60,193 nt of DNA from a virus. Taxonomy: Duplodnaviria; Caudoviricetes. The notes under the pieces are model-generated. The model searched no databases. It was given only the letters and a program-made list of their open reading frames with translations, and was not told where the DNA came from. The translations under genes and the position numbers were made by a program. The stretch spans positions 1 through 60,193 of IMG/VR virus record IMGVR_UViG_3300012201_000003. The stretch is one strand, 5' to 3'. Positions 39,611 to 50,000 of the stretch are shown in pieces. Position 1 is the first letter of the stretch. Each line of letters starts with the position of its first letter.

Positions 39611-40424
39611 TTCCCCGATCACGGGCCCGGGCGCCCGTGTACTGTCATTACACATCTGGAGAGGCAGACTGATGACGGAGCCGGCTGGCAGCATTGACCC
39701 GTGGACGGGCCCGTACGCGGCTGAGGTCCGCGACTACCTGGAGTGGTGCCGCGACGTGCCGTCGTCGAAGTACCACCCGAGCCCGGAGGGCGCACTGAAG
39801 ATGATCTACCACCGGGGTGACCGGGCCAGGGCGGCCCAGATCCGGGACGCGTATGGCGCGGTGCACGCTGCGGAGCATCGGTGAGCGGGGGATGCGCGGC
39901 TGAGCACGCCGGCGTGTTCGGCCGCGAGGCCCCGGTCCGCTGGGTGGTTCGCACGGGCATCGCCAAGGCCGAGAACGCAGATGAGGTAGTACCTCAATTC
40001 GCATTTCAGGAGGCTGGGGCGTGCTCGCGGCACCTGGCCCGGGTGTGCTCGCAGGTGATCCGCGACGCCGGGCGCGGCCCGGACGTTCAGCTCGCCGTTA
40101 CTGCGAGGCCGACGTGAGCCACGGCCCGCACGAGGCCCTGCCCGGCCACGCGCCGGGGCAGATCCTCCATGACGGATGCGCCGAGTGCGAGTGGCGGGCG
40201 GCCGGCCGCGACCTCGGCATCGGCGCTCTCGACGCGGCCACGTTCGCCCGTGCGTGGCAGCGGGCGGTCACCTGGCAGCGTGAGGAGCAGGTGCGGCCAT
40301 CGGCTGCCGAGACGCCGCTGCTCGCCGTCCTGTGGGCAGTGCAGGTGCAGCTCGAACGGGCCGGGGTGCCGCTCGGCGTGCTGCCATGCGGCATCACGGT
40401 CACCGACGGGAAGCCGCAGACGTG

Positions 40425-41075
40425 GTGAGCGCGCCTGACGGGTTCGACCTGGCCGCCGCCGAGATCCGCGAGTCCGCCTCCGTCCTGCGGGTCGGCGGCC
40501 TGGACCTGTCGCTCACCTCCACCGGCCTGGCCCGCATCGACGGCGAACGGCTGACCACCTGGGTGCACAAGCCCAGTACACTGCGCGGTTTCGAGCGGCT
40601 GGAGTCGATCATCGAGACGACTCTGTCGTACCTCGCGGACCGGGACGTGATCGCCGTCGAGGGCCTGTCGTTCGGCGCGAAGGGCAGCGCCATGCTCGAC
40701 CTCGCGGGGCTGCGCGCGGTGGTGACGCTGGAGCTGCACCGCGCCGGCCTGACGGTGGCTGACGTGCCGCCGGCGGTGGTCAAGAAGTACGCGACCGGGG
40801 TCGGCGGGGCGGATAAGTTCGCGGTGTACGCGCAGGCGGTGAAACGGCTCGGCGGCGAGTTCGTCGGCGACGACGCGGCGGACGCGGCGTGGCTGGCGCA
40901 CATGGCGGCCGACTACTACGGCTGCCCGCTGGTGACCATGCCGGCGGTGTCGCGGGCCGTGCTGTGCTCGCTGACGATCCGGGGCAGGCGCAAGGGCTTG
41001 CCCGTGGTGGAGTGGCCGGACCTGGCCACGGTCGCCGGGCCGCCCGCAGCGGCCGGGCAGGAGAGGATGCCGTGA
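40425..41075 (+). CDS. ruvC: RuvC-like Holliday junction resolvase
   Basis: GLDLSLTSTG, AVEG, VPPAVVKKYATG...ADK, DDAADA. Confidence 0.9.
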   Translation: MSAPDGFDLAAAEIRESASVLRVGGLDLSLTSTGLARIDGERLTTWVHKPSTLRGFERLESIIETTLSYLADRDVIAVEGLSFGAKGSAMLDLAGLRAVVTLELHRAGLTVADVPPAVVKKYATGVGGADKFAVYAQAVKRLGGEFVGDDAADAAWLAHMAADYYGCPLVTMPAVSRAVLCSLTIRGRRKGLPVVEWPDLATVAGPPAAAGQERMP

Positions 41076-41769
41076 TGGCAACGAAACAGGACATCGAAGC
41101 AGGAGTGGCCGTGAACATGGGCGGAACGGTGCCGTCCGGGCATGCGCTCGGGCCGATCCGGGCGCGGCTGCTTGATGCGCCGCGCGAGCGTCAGTGGGTG
41201 ATCGGCCAGGTCGTCTCCAAGGCCACGAACGTCGACCACCCGCCCGACGCTGACGACCGCCGGGCGCCGGTCATGGTGTTCGTCGACATGGCCGGGGTGA
41301 CGGACACGGCGGACTGCGACCAGCTCGACGCGATGATGACCCGGGCCCGCAACCAGGCGCCGGGCCAGACCCGGCTGGAGGGCGTGAGCTGATGTACTAC
41401 GGGCCGGACGCCTCGTACACCTGGCCCGCCGACGACGTGGGCCACGACGACTACCGCCTCTGGCAGGGGCGTTACTGGCCGGCGGCGACGCTGGCCGCGA
41501 TGGGAGTGATGACCGATGGCGCAGTCCAGCGCGCTGGCGCGTGAGATCGACGCCATGCGCAGGTGCGAGTCGGCCCTGGCCGGCCTCGACGACAAGGCCA
41601 GGTCGCGGGTGATCCGCCGCATGGTCGAGGAGTACGCCGAGAACGAGTGGATGGAACTGCCGGCGCGCGGCGGACAGCGGCTCCCGCCGCTGGAGGTGGC
41701 GGCGCTTGCCGATCCCGCTGTCATGGCCGCCGTTAACGCAGACAAGGCCGTCCCGGAAGGGGCCGGGGC

Positions 41770-42762
41770 ATGACGGCGCCGACGTACCCAGGCCGCTACC
41801 TCGGCCTGCGCCGCACCGACCCGGAACGGCTCCGGCACACGATCCGGCTGCCCCTGACCGGCGCCACCCCGGGCCACCCGCTCGTCGCCGACCACCTCGC
41901 CCGGGTGCCCGCATGGAACGGGGCGACGAACTTCCACTTCGGCACCTGCGGGCCCGTGTCGGTCGTGAACAGCGCGATCCAGACGTGGAAGTACCTGCTC
42001 GGCGAGGACATTGCCGCCTCCGACCAGGCCATCTACGACCTGTACACCCGGTCCGGGAACCCAGACTTCGACCCGGCCACCGGGGCCGACGACTTCGGCG
42101 TCGACATGACCGTCATGCTGTCCGCGCTCGTCAAGGGCGGCATCATGGTCCAGCGGGCAAGCGGGCAGACCGAGATCGTCAAGCCGCTCTGCTTCGCCGC
42201 CACCCCAACCGCGATCGACGACGTCCGCGCGGTCACTTCGATCTTCGGCGGCGCCCTGCTGGCGGTAACCCTCCAGCAGGCGCAGCAGGCCCAGACCGGC
42301 GCCGGGCTGTGGGATTACTCCCTGTCGCCGCAGTGGGGCGGCCACGCGGTGCTGGGCGGCAGCTACAGCAGCGACATGGCCGCGCACCACGCTGACGAGA
42401 AGGTCGTCACGTGGATGCGGCCGGTCGGGACCACCGACGACTTCATGGCCCACCAGCTCGACGAGGCGTACGTGGTCGTGTGGGAGCCGCTGTGGGATCA
42501 TCCGGCGTTCCAGGACGGCGTGGACCGGGCGCAGCTCGCGGCCGACTTTGCCGCCGAGACGGGCAGGCCGTTCCCGTTCCCCGCGCCGTTGCCGCTGCCG
42601 GACCCGATGACGACGCACCCGGACCGGACGTTCGGCCACGACCAGCGGGTCATCGACTGGGCCACTGTCACCCAGCCATCACCAGCCGTCACCACGTCGG
42701 AGGAGCAGTACGCCGCGCAGCAGTACCGGCTGTGGCGGCAGGCGCGGGGCTACGCCCCGTAG
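41770..42762 (+). CDS. papain-like cysteine peptidase
   Basis: GTCG, GGHAVLGG, VVTW. Confidence 0.7.
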   Translation: MTAPTYPGRYLGLRRTDPERLRHTIRLPLTGATPGHPLVADHLARVPAWNGATNFHFGTCGPVSVVNSAIQTWKYLLGEDIAASDQAIYDLYTRSGNPDFDPATGADDFGVDMTVMLSALVKGGIMVQRASGQTEIVKPLCFAATPTAIDDVRAVTSIFGGALLAVTLQQAQQAQTGAGLWDYSLSPQWGGHAVLGGSYSSDMAAHHADEKVVTWMRPVGTTDDFMAHQLDEAYVVVWEPLWDHPAFQDGVDRAQLAADFAAETGRPFPFPAPLPLPDPMTTHPDRTFGHDQRVIDWATVTQPSPAVTTSEEQYAAQQYRLWRQARGYAP

Positions 42763-42884
42763 CGCGGCGCTGTGCGCCATTCTGAGGCGTGAGGCCCCGT
42801 GGGGTACAGGATCATCCACGGGGCCTCACGTTCGTCCTGGAACCTGCCAGCGGCGCGCGCCTGGCGTACTCACAGTCGGCACCG

Positions 42885-43058
42885 TCAGCGCTGCCGCCGG
42901 GCCGGCGGGTCGTACCAGATCGGGTGGCGGTGGCACACCATCACGTGCGCCACCGCCGGCCCGCACGTCATGGGGCCGCCCTCCGCGACCGTAATAAAGA
43001 TCACCATGGCCAGCGCTGTGACGATGACGGCGAACAGCACCAGCAGGACATCGCTCAC
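42885..43058 (-). CDS. small hydrophobic peptide
   Basis: One TM segment and basic tail; GGAGG RBS. Confidence 0.5.
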   Translation of the reverse strand: MSDVLLVLFAVIVTALAMVIFITVAEGGPMTCGPAVAHVMVCHRHPIWYDPPARRQR

Positions 43059-43105
43059 CAGGGCACCTCCGCTGGTACTCCTACCAGGCCAGCCGCGCGC
43101 GCGGC

Positions 43106-43157
43106 GAAGGCCCCCGGTCACCTCCCCCACACGGGGAAGGGCCGGGGGCCTTCTTTT
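43106..43157 (+). terminator. intrinsic terminator, possibly bidirectional
   Basis: gaaggcccccgg...ccgggggccttc followed by tttt. Confidence 0.7.
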
Positions 43158-43188
43158 CATCGTTGCCCTGAACGGGCGTGATGAGTCT

Positions 43189-43425
43189 TTACGCGGACGA
43201 TTTGGGCGCCAGGTACGCGCCGACGTAGGCGAGCAGCGCCGGCATCGCCGCGTAGATGGCGGTGATGTCGGCCTGCGGCAGCGGGTGGTGCGTGACGTAC
43301 GCCTGGAGCAGGCCAACCACGACCCCGGCGACGGCGGCGCCCGCGCCCGCGCCGAGCCACGCCCCGTGCGCCTTGGGCGACACCGGATCCCGGGGCCTGG
43401 CCCCGGGTGCTAGCTGTCCGCTCAC
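43189..43425 (-). CDS. putative holin
   Basis: PVSPK, two TMs, AYLAP; directly after the amidase. Confidence 0.7.
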   Translation of the reverse strand: MSGQLAPGARPRDPVSPKAHGAWLGAGAGAAVAGVVVGLLQAYVTHHPLPQADITAIYAAMPALLAYVGAYLAPKSSA

Positions 43426-43513
43426 GTCCGCCTCCCTTGGGTGGCGCCCCGGGCTCGCGAGGGTCCATGGACGCGGGCCGGGACAGCCGCTGGCATCGTA
43501 ACCCGCGCCGCTG

Positions 43514-44311
43514 TCAGCCGGGGTAAGTCCCGGCGTAGATGACCGTGCCCGCCGGGGGGACCTCGCCGGCGAGGGCGTCCGCCGCCTGGCCCTCCAGCGG
43601 CCCGAACCCGGACGGCCGGTGCACCGCCGTCTGCCACAGCAGGTGCTGGGTCCGCAGCCCGTGCCGGGCGGCGAGCTGCCCCCACGTCGCGTGCCCGTCG
43701 GCATGTATTTCTATCGGCTCGGCCGGCGGGACCGGGGCCGGGTCGCGGATCAGGTGCGCCCGGCGGATGATCTCGGCGCGCTGCCCCGACCGGACGTGGG
43801 CGGTGAACGACGAGTCGGGGCACGAGTGCCGGTTCAGGTTCCACGGGTCGCACATGCGGTGGTAGGCGAACCCCTGGCCGGCGCAGTCGTCGCAGACCTG
43901 CAGCGGGAACCCGGCGAACCGGGACAGGAACTCGGTGAGCTGCGCCCCGGCGGTGAGCGCGGCGTCGGAGATCGGGATGTCCGGGTTCCCGGCGTCCTCG
44001 AACTCGATGCCGTACCAGGCCAGGTTCGCGGCGTAGGCGTGCCACGCTTCCCAGCCCTTGCCGACCGGGCCGAACTGGTGGATCCGCCCGGCCTGGGACA
44101 CGCCGAAGTGGGCGGACGCCTGCCGGGCCGGGTCGTTGAATACCGCGATCGTGCCGGCCAGGAACCCGACCATCGTGTGCATCAGCACGCCGCGCATGGC
44201 CCCGGTCACGCCCAGCTTGCCGTTGACGCACGGGAACGGCGAGTTGTAGGTGATGTCGGCGTCGCCGCTGACCCTGCCGCTGGCCGTGTCGAGTCCGAGT
44301 GCGAGCGTCAT
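43514..44311 (-). CDS. endolysin, N-acetylmuramoyl-L-alanine amidase
   Basis: LMHT, ASAHF, AWHA, GIEFE, YH, SCP. Confidence 0.9.
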   Translation of the reverse strand: MTLALGLDTASGRVSGDADITYNSPFPCVNGKLGVTGAMRGVLMHTMVGFLAGTIAVFNDPARQASAHFGVSQAGRIHQFGPVGKGWEAWHAYAANLAWYGIEFEDAGNPDIPISDAALTAGAQLTEFLSRFAGFPLQVCDDCAGQGFAYHRMCDPWNLNRHSCPDSSFTAHVRSGQRAEIIRRAHLIRDPAPVPPAEPIEIHADGHATWGQLAARHGLRTQHLLWQTAVHRPSGFGPLEGQAADALAGEVPPAGTVIYAGTYPG

Positions 44312-44352
44312 CGCTTCCTCCTAAGTCGCCTTGGGGGCTGCAGCCCCCAAGG

Positions 44353-44739
44353 TTACGAGCCGTTCTCCAGCGCGGCCAGCCGCTGGCGAAGGTCAGCGAC
44401 CTGACGTTGCAGCCGCGCGTTCTCAGCGGTCAGCTCCTCCTCGCGGCGCTCCAGCTCCCGGATCCGCCGCTGGTACGAGGCCGTCTCCTGCAACTGGGCG
44501 CGCAGCCCCGCGACCTCCGCCTTGCCCCGGTCCATCTGCTCCTGCAAATCGTCGATCACGCTGGACTGCACGATCACGGCGCCCTGCGCGGCCTGCACCA
44601 CGATCCTCGGACCCTCGGCCCGCAGCCGCAGGTACGCGGTCAGCCCGCCGCCGCCGAACACGGCCACGATCAGGCCGACGATCGCAGCCGTCCAGTCACT
44701 GCCGACCGCCGGAGCCGCTGCGGTCAGCACCCCCACCAC
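44353..44739 (-). CDS. membrane-anchored coiled-coil lysis-region protein
   Basis: TM with GGGG followed by heptad repeats. Confidence 0.7.
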   Translation of the reverse strand: MVGVLTAAAPAVGSDWTAAIVGLIVAVFGGGGLTAYLRLRAEGPRIVVQAAQGAVIVQSSVIDDLQEQMDRGKAEVAGLRAQLQETASYQRRIRELERREEELTAENARLQRQVADLRQRLAALENGS

Positions 44740-45190
44740 CCCCGTTCCCCGGCCGGATGACGATATGCCGGGTGCGCAGAGCACGAAGCCGCGCTGCCGC
44801 CGCGACCAGGAAAACCACATCGAAAAGGCCCGTCACCGCGAACGGCGGCCCGGGTCCCAGGTAGATGCCGTACAGCAGCAGCCTGGCCAGCAGCGACCCG
44901 CACATCATCGTCAGGCCGAGCGCCTCGACAGCGATCTTGTCGCCGGCCACGCCGGCCGCCGTGCCCGCGCCGGCCAGCAGGAACATGGCGGCCAGTGCGT
45001 CGGCCTCCCACCAGGGAAGCAGGGCGCTGACGGGGTCCGCCGACCCCCACCCGAGCAGCACCGCCGCCCCGAAGGCCAGGAACGTGACCGCGAGCGCAAC
45101 CTCGAACGGAACTACCCCCAGCCGTGCCTGTACCAGCGCAACCCTCGACGTGACGCGCCGTTCGTGACCCGGCTCACGAACCATGTCCAC
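44696..45190 (-). CDS. four-TM membrane protein (lysis cassette)
   Basis: Hydrophobicity and position. Confidence 0.65.
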   Translation of the reverse strand: MDMVREPGHERRVTSRVALVQARLGVVPFEVALAVTFLAFGAAVLLGWGSADPVSALLPWWEADALAAMFLLAGAGTAAGVAGDKIAVEALGLTMMCGSLLARLLLYGIYLGPGPPFAVTGLFDVVFLVAAAARLRALRTRHIVIRPGNGGGGGADRSGSGGRQ

Positions 45191-45220
45191 CCATGGCCTG
45201 CCTTCCCCTGGCTGCTGAGC

Positions 45221-46450
45221 CTAGCCGCGCACGTGCGGCGGCCGGGCATGAGGCGGGCGCCGCTGCCAGCGGGTATGCCGCCCGCGCCCCTCAAACGACC
45301 ACTGCAGGTGGCCCCTGTGCCGGAACACGTCGTACTTGCGGCCCTTCGCCCGCGCCGCCCGGGCGGACAGCAGCCCGGCGAAGTCCTCGTCCGGTGTGGC
45401 GAACGGCGTGATGTCAGCGGTGTCAGTGTCGTCGTCGTACTCGTAGCGACCCACCATGAAGTGCGGTGACCCTGCCTTGACCTCGCCGCCGAACCCCTGG
45501 TCCATCAGCATCAGCTTGCACACCATCGGCCCCTCGCCGCCGGCGAAGAAGCACCCGAGATCCTGGGGCTGCCCGTTCAGGGTGCGCAGGTTCCCGGCCC
45601 GGACCGTGAACGGTCCCGCGTAGCTGGCGCGCTTGTACCGCTTCAGCGCCGACAGGCCAACCGCCTGCGCGTCGACCTGGGTCATGGCCCCGTTGGAGGA
45701 GAGGTCCACGTAGTCCTCGGTGCGCCCGTGCTTGTCGATGCTGGCCTGGTCGAGCGCCCACACGGTGGCGAACAGGGCCGGGTAGCCGGCCCCGAGGTCG
45801 GGGGTCTTGCAGTAGCGGACCTGGATGGCGTTGACGTCGCCGCCGAGGGTCCTCGGCGCGGCCTCGGCGGTGAGGAGCAGCCGGTTGGGCGTGTCGTCAT
45901 CGACGGGGAATATTTCAAGTTTCTGCCCGGCGGGGGTGCGGCGGACCCACCAGGTCAGGCCGCCCGGTGAGGTCATCTGGTTCAGCATCGCGTCGATGAA
46001 GATGCTGCCGCTGTCGGGGACGGACCCGAAGTACAGGCCGGCGGTTCCGTGCACCGAGGTGGGCAGCCAGGACAGGCCCCGGCCGATGGCGTTGGCGATG
46101 ACGGTGTCGGGGGCGAGGGCGGCCCAGGAGTTCCCGATGCCGTAGTCGGCGGCGTACCGGCTGCCGAAGGTGCCGGACCCGTTGGCGGTGACTTGCCAGC
46201 CGCCGCCGGGGGCGGGCTCGGCGAGGGTGCCATCCCACACCACCGACCCGCCGCGGACCACCTCGACGAGCCGGCCGGGGTCGAGCGCGTCGGTGCGGGA
46301 CCGGGCATCGACCCCGATGGTGCATGTCATGGCCTCGCAGCCGCCGGGCACCGTGTAGGAGTAGGTGAGGCCGCCGACGGGGCCGAGCGCGTTCAGGTAG
46401 CGCGCCCCGGTCCGGTCGGGGCGCAGGGTGCGGACCTTGGAGTGCGACAC
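45221..46450 (-). CDS. minor tail (hub/Tal-like) protein
   Basis: PGGCEAM, VWDG.L.EP; position in the tail module. Confidence 0.7.
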   Translation of the reverse strand: MSHSKVRTLRPDRTGARYLNALGPVGGLTYSYTVPGGCEAMTCTIGVDARSRTDALDPGRLVEVVRGGSVVWDGTLAEPAPGGGWQVTANGSGTFGSRYAADYGIGNSWAALAPDTVIANAIGRGLSWLPTSVHGTAGLYFGSVPDSGSIFIDAMLNQMTSPGGLTWWVRRTPAGQKLEIFPVDDDTPNRLLLTAEAAPRTLGGDVNAIQVRYCKTPDLGAGYPALFATVWALDQASIDKHGRTEDYVDLSSNGAMTQVDAQAVGLSALKRYKRASYAGPFTVRAGNLRTLNGQPQDLGCFFAGGEGPMVCKLMLMDQGFGGEVKAGSPHFMVGRYEYDDDTDTADITPFATPDEDFAGLLSARAARAKGRKYDVFRHRGHLQWSFEGRGRHTRWQRRPPHARPPHVRG

Positions 46451-46454
46451 GGGC

Positions 46455-47027
46455 TCAGGCCTCCCGCCAGATCCGGGCGCCCTTGACGGTCAGCGAGTGC
46501 CCGGCAGCGCCTGGCGTGAACTGGAACGCCAGCGTCAGGTCCCGGTCACCGCTCGTGGTGAGGCCGGCCTGGTTCTGGGTGCTGGTCCACGTCACCGACG
46601 CGGCGACGCCGGTGGCGGTGCGCCAGTTCAGCTCGATGGTGGTTTCGGCCTCGGTCGCCGACACGAACGTGACGTGGCATTTCACTGACCAGCCCGCGCT
46701 GGCCGCGTTCGCCCACAGCCCCGCCGCGGGGACCGTCAGGGAGCACAGCGACGAGCCGCCCACCCCGTTCCAGTACAGGGTGAACATCATCAGGGTCGGC
46801 GCGGTGCCGCCGGTGGAGAACCCGCCGTGCGCGAACGCCTCGAATGCCTCGCCGCCGGACAGCAGCGCCGCGTCGGCGGCCGGGACCGTGTAGTGCGCGA
46901 CCGCGGTGTTGACGCCGCCGCCGGACGGCCCGATCACGGCGTTGTCGACGGCACCCCGCACCGGCCCGGCCTGCCGCATGAACGCCGCGAAGCGGGCTTC
47001 GGTGGCGCGGCTCTTCTCCGACGCCAC
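46455..47027 (-). CDS. minor tail protein
   Basis: Beta-rich composition; position. Confidence 0.6.
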   Translation of the reverse strand: MASEKSRATEARFAAFMRQAGPVRGAVDNAVIGPSGGGVNTAVAHYTVPAADAALLSGGEAFEAFAHGGFSTGGTAPTLMMFTLYWNGVGGSSLCSLTVPAAGLWANAASAGWSVKCHVTFVSATEAETTIELNWRTATGVAASVTWTSTQNQAGLTTSGDRDLTLAFQFTPGAAGHSLTVKGARIWREA

Positions 47028-47028
47028 G

Positions 47029-50000
47029 TCAGGCCAGCCTTTCGAGCTGCCAGCGCGAGAAGTGGGTGAGCTGGCAGGCGGGGGCGCCGTCCGGGGAGTA
47101 CGCCAGCAGCGTCTGGTTCCCGAACGGGTCGACGTGCAGCGGCGGCCCCGACACGTCCGCCGACCCGAGCACCGACACGGCCTGCCCCCGGTCGAACATC
47201 GACCCCATGATGTTGCCGATCTCCGCGGACCCGGCGGGCTCGTCAACCCAGTACGACGTGTACCCGGTGGGGGACTGCACGACGACCGTGGACCCGAGGG
47301 TGTCGAGGAACAGGGCGTCCTGGAACCGGTCAGCGGTGTCGCCGCTGGTGATGGCGACGGTGAAGTAGCCGCCGGTGTTGTCGAGCGGCATCGCGCTCAC
47401 GGGCAGGGTCAGCTCGCCGAGCAGCACCAGCGGCGACTTCAGGTTCGCCGGGGTGATGCTCTGGGACGCGGCGGCGGGGTAGACGGTGCCGCCGGCCTGC
47501 TCGTACTGGCGGACCGTGGCGGTGACGGTGCGGGCGGCGGACGGGTTGTGCCACGAGCTGGCGACCACGTAGACGGTGACGGTGAACGGCCGGTCGGGGT
47601 CGCCGAACCGGGCCGCCGACCCGTCGATGAGCTGGGGCAGCGTGTACTCGGCGGTGCCGTCCGGCGGGTCGTTGGCGCTGAGCGCGCACCACGGCGTGAA
47701 CGTGTCCGGGGCGTCGAACCCGGGCTGGTGCACGACGAGGGTTTTCCAGCCGATGGTCTGGGTGTAGGTGACGGCGACCTTGGCGTCGCCGCCGTACCCG
47801 GCGAGGTCGGGCAGGAGCAGCCGCTGCCCGGCGCCGCCGCCGCCGCCGCCGCCGGGCCGGCCGGGGGACCCGTACTGGGCGACGCCGGTCCCGCCCTGCC
47901 CGCCGCGCCCGGCGTCGCCGCCGCCGCCTGTCCCGCCCGCGCCGCCTGAGGACCCGGCCTGGCCCGCCGACCCGGCCCCGTCCGGGCCGCCGGCGCCGCC
48001 GCCGCCGCCCCCCGCAGTCCCGGATCCGGAACCGCCCGCCCCGCCGGCGTTGGCCGCACCTGAGGTCAGGGTGACCGTGTCGAACCAGTGCGCCTCGCTC
48101 CCGGCGGCGGTGGCCTTGACCCTGGCCCTGGCCCGGCACCACACGGCCCCGGACGGCGGGCTCAGGGTGGCCTGGGTGAGCGCCACGAACGCCGACGTGG
48201 AGTTGTTCAGGTCCGCGCCGTACAGGGTGCCCAGGGAGACGCCGTTGGAGTCCCAGAACTCGGCGCCCAGCGAGCACGCCCGCACCGTCGTGGCCGCCTT
48301 GGCGTACCCGTTCACGACGACGGGCAGCAGCGGGTCGCACGGCTCGCCCTGGCTGGCGTAGTTCGCCGCCAGGCACGACCCGGCCGACATGTCCCCCGAC
48401 GCGGTCGAGGTCAGCTTCAGCGACCCGGTGCCGGCCTGGTGCTGGGTGGCGTCGGCGGTGGCGGTGCCGTTGCCTGTGCCGACCCAGTTCCCGATCCCGC
48501 CGTCGAAGCTGGAGTTCTGGCCGGCGAGCTGCTGGATCGGCGCGTACCCGGTCGCGCCTGCTACTCCCGTGCTCACGTTGTCGGCCATGTTGGCGCCGCC
48601 GTGGCCGCGGACGGTCACCCCGAGGTCGGTGGTGAACTTCGCGTCGCCGGGGGTGCCGGCGGGGCCCTGCCCGCCGTGCGGCACCACGATGGTCTGGAGC
48701 GCGCCCGCGGTCATGGGCAGGCCCGGCTCGGCGGCGTACTCCCCGCCGGGGCCGCCGGCCCGGCCGGCGCCGGACGTGTCAGTCGAGCCCTTGCCGGCCG
48801 GGCCGGTGCACTCGGTGCGCTGCGCCGACACCAGCCCGCCCGGCGCCCGCCAGTAGAACGTGCCCGGCGTCGTCCACTTCCGGGTCACCGTCTGCACGCT
48901 GCCGGGCGGCTGGGTGAACTGCAAAGAGACCGCCGACCGCGCCGACCCGGCGATGCCGGCCAGGCTGACCAGGTTCCCCGACGCCGGCTGCACCTGCTGC
49001 GCGGAGGCGTAGGGCACGGCGCGGAACGTGTCGAGGTACACGTCGGTGTACTGCAGGTCCCCGGCCTGCCGGTTGCTGATCTTGATCGTGTAGCCGGTGA
49101 TCGCGGCGAGGTTCAGGCTGCTGCCGGACGGGATCGGGACGTGGATGCGCTGGAACGCCGGGTCCGACGCGTTGCCCGACGTGCGGACCTTCCGGGTCAC
49201 GTGCGTCGTCGCCGAGTGGGTGCCGTCCGAGAGCGTGAACGCGAACTGCACCGGGCCGCGCTGCCCCTGACCCCACCACGGGAAGAACAGCGACGCCCCG
49301 AACCCGGCGATGACGGACAGGCCGTTCAGCCCGGCCAGGTTCAGCGGGCCCATCCCGGACCGGGTGTACGAGGCGACGAGGCCGGTGCCGGACCCGGCCG
49401 GGTCGTAGTGCGCGGAGAACGGCCCCGGGCCGATCAGCGCCTGCGACCACCGGGTGCCTGACACCGTGGAGAAGTCGTCGATGAGGACCGGGCTGGCCGG
49501 GGGGGTGCGGCCGGACAGCGGGACGGGGAAGTCGACGGTGACGGGCTGGTCGGACCGGCCGTACGGGTGCGCCTCGAACGACACCAGGACGTTGGAGACG
49601 AAGCTGGCTTCCTTGAGCAGGTCGTAGTCGACGACGGTGGCCTGCGCGCTGTAGCAGTCGAGCACGAACGGCAGCCCGCCCGCCCGGGTCCAGGTGACGG
49701 TGAAGGTGCGTGCGGAGACGGCGCGGATGAGGACTTCGCGGGCGGCGGCCAGCGTGGCCCGGTCCGGCGCGGTGATCTTGACCGGGAGGGAAGGCTGCCG
49801 GTTGGCGGCGTGAGGCTGCCCCGCCGGCCGCTCCCCGTCGAGCATCGACGCGACCATGTTCGCGGTCGGCTGCGGGGCGGACAGGTCGAACCCGGGCACC
49901 AGCAGGAACACCGCGCCGGCGCACGCCGGGATCGTGGAGGCGACGCCGCCGGCGAGCAGCTCGATGTCTGGGGTGAGGAGAAGGCTGTCGCCGGAGGAGA

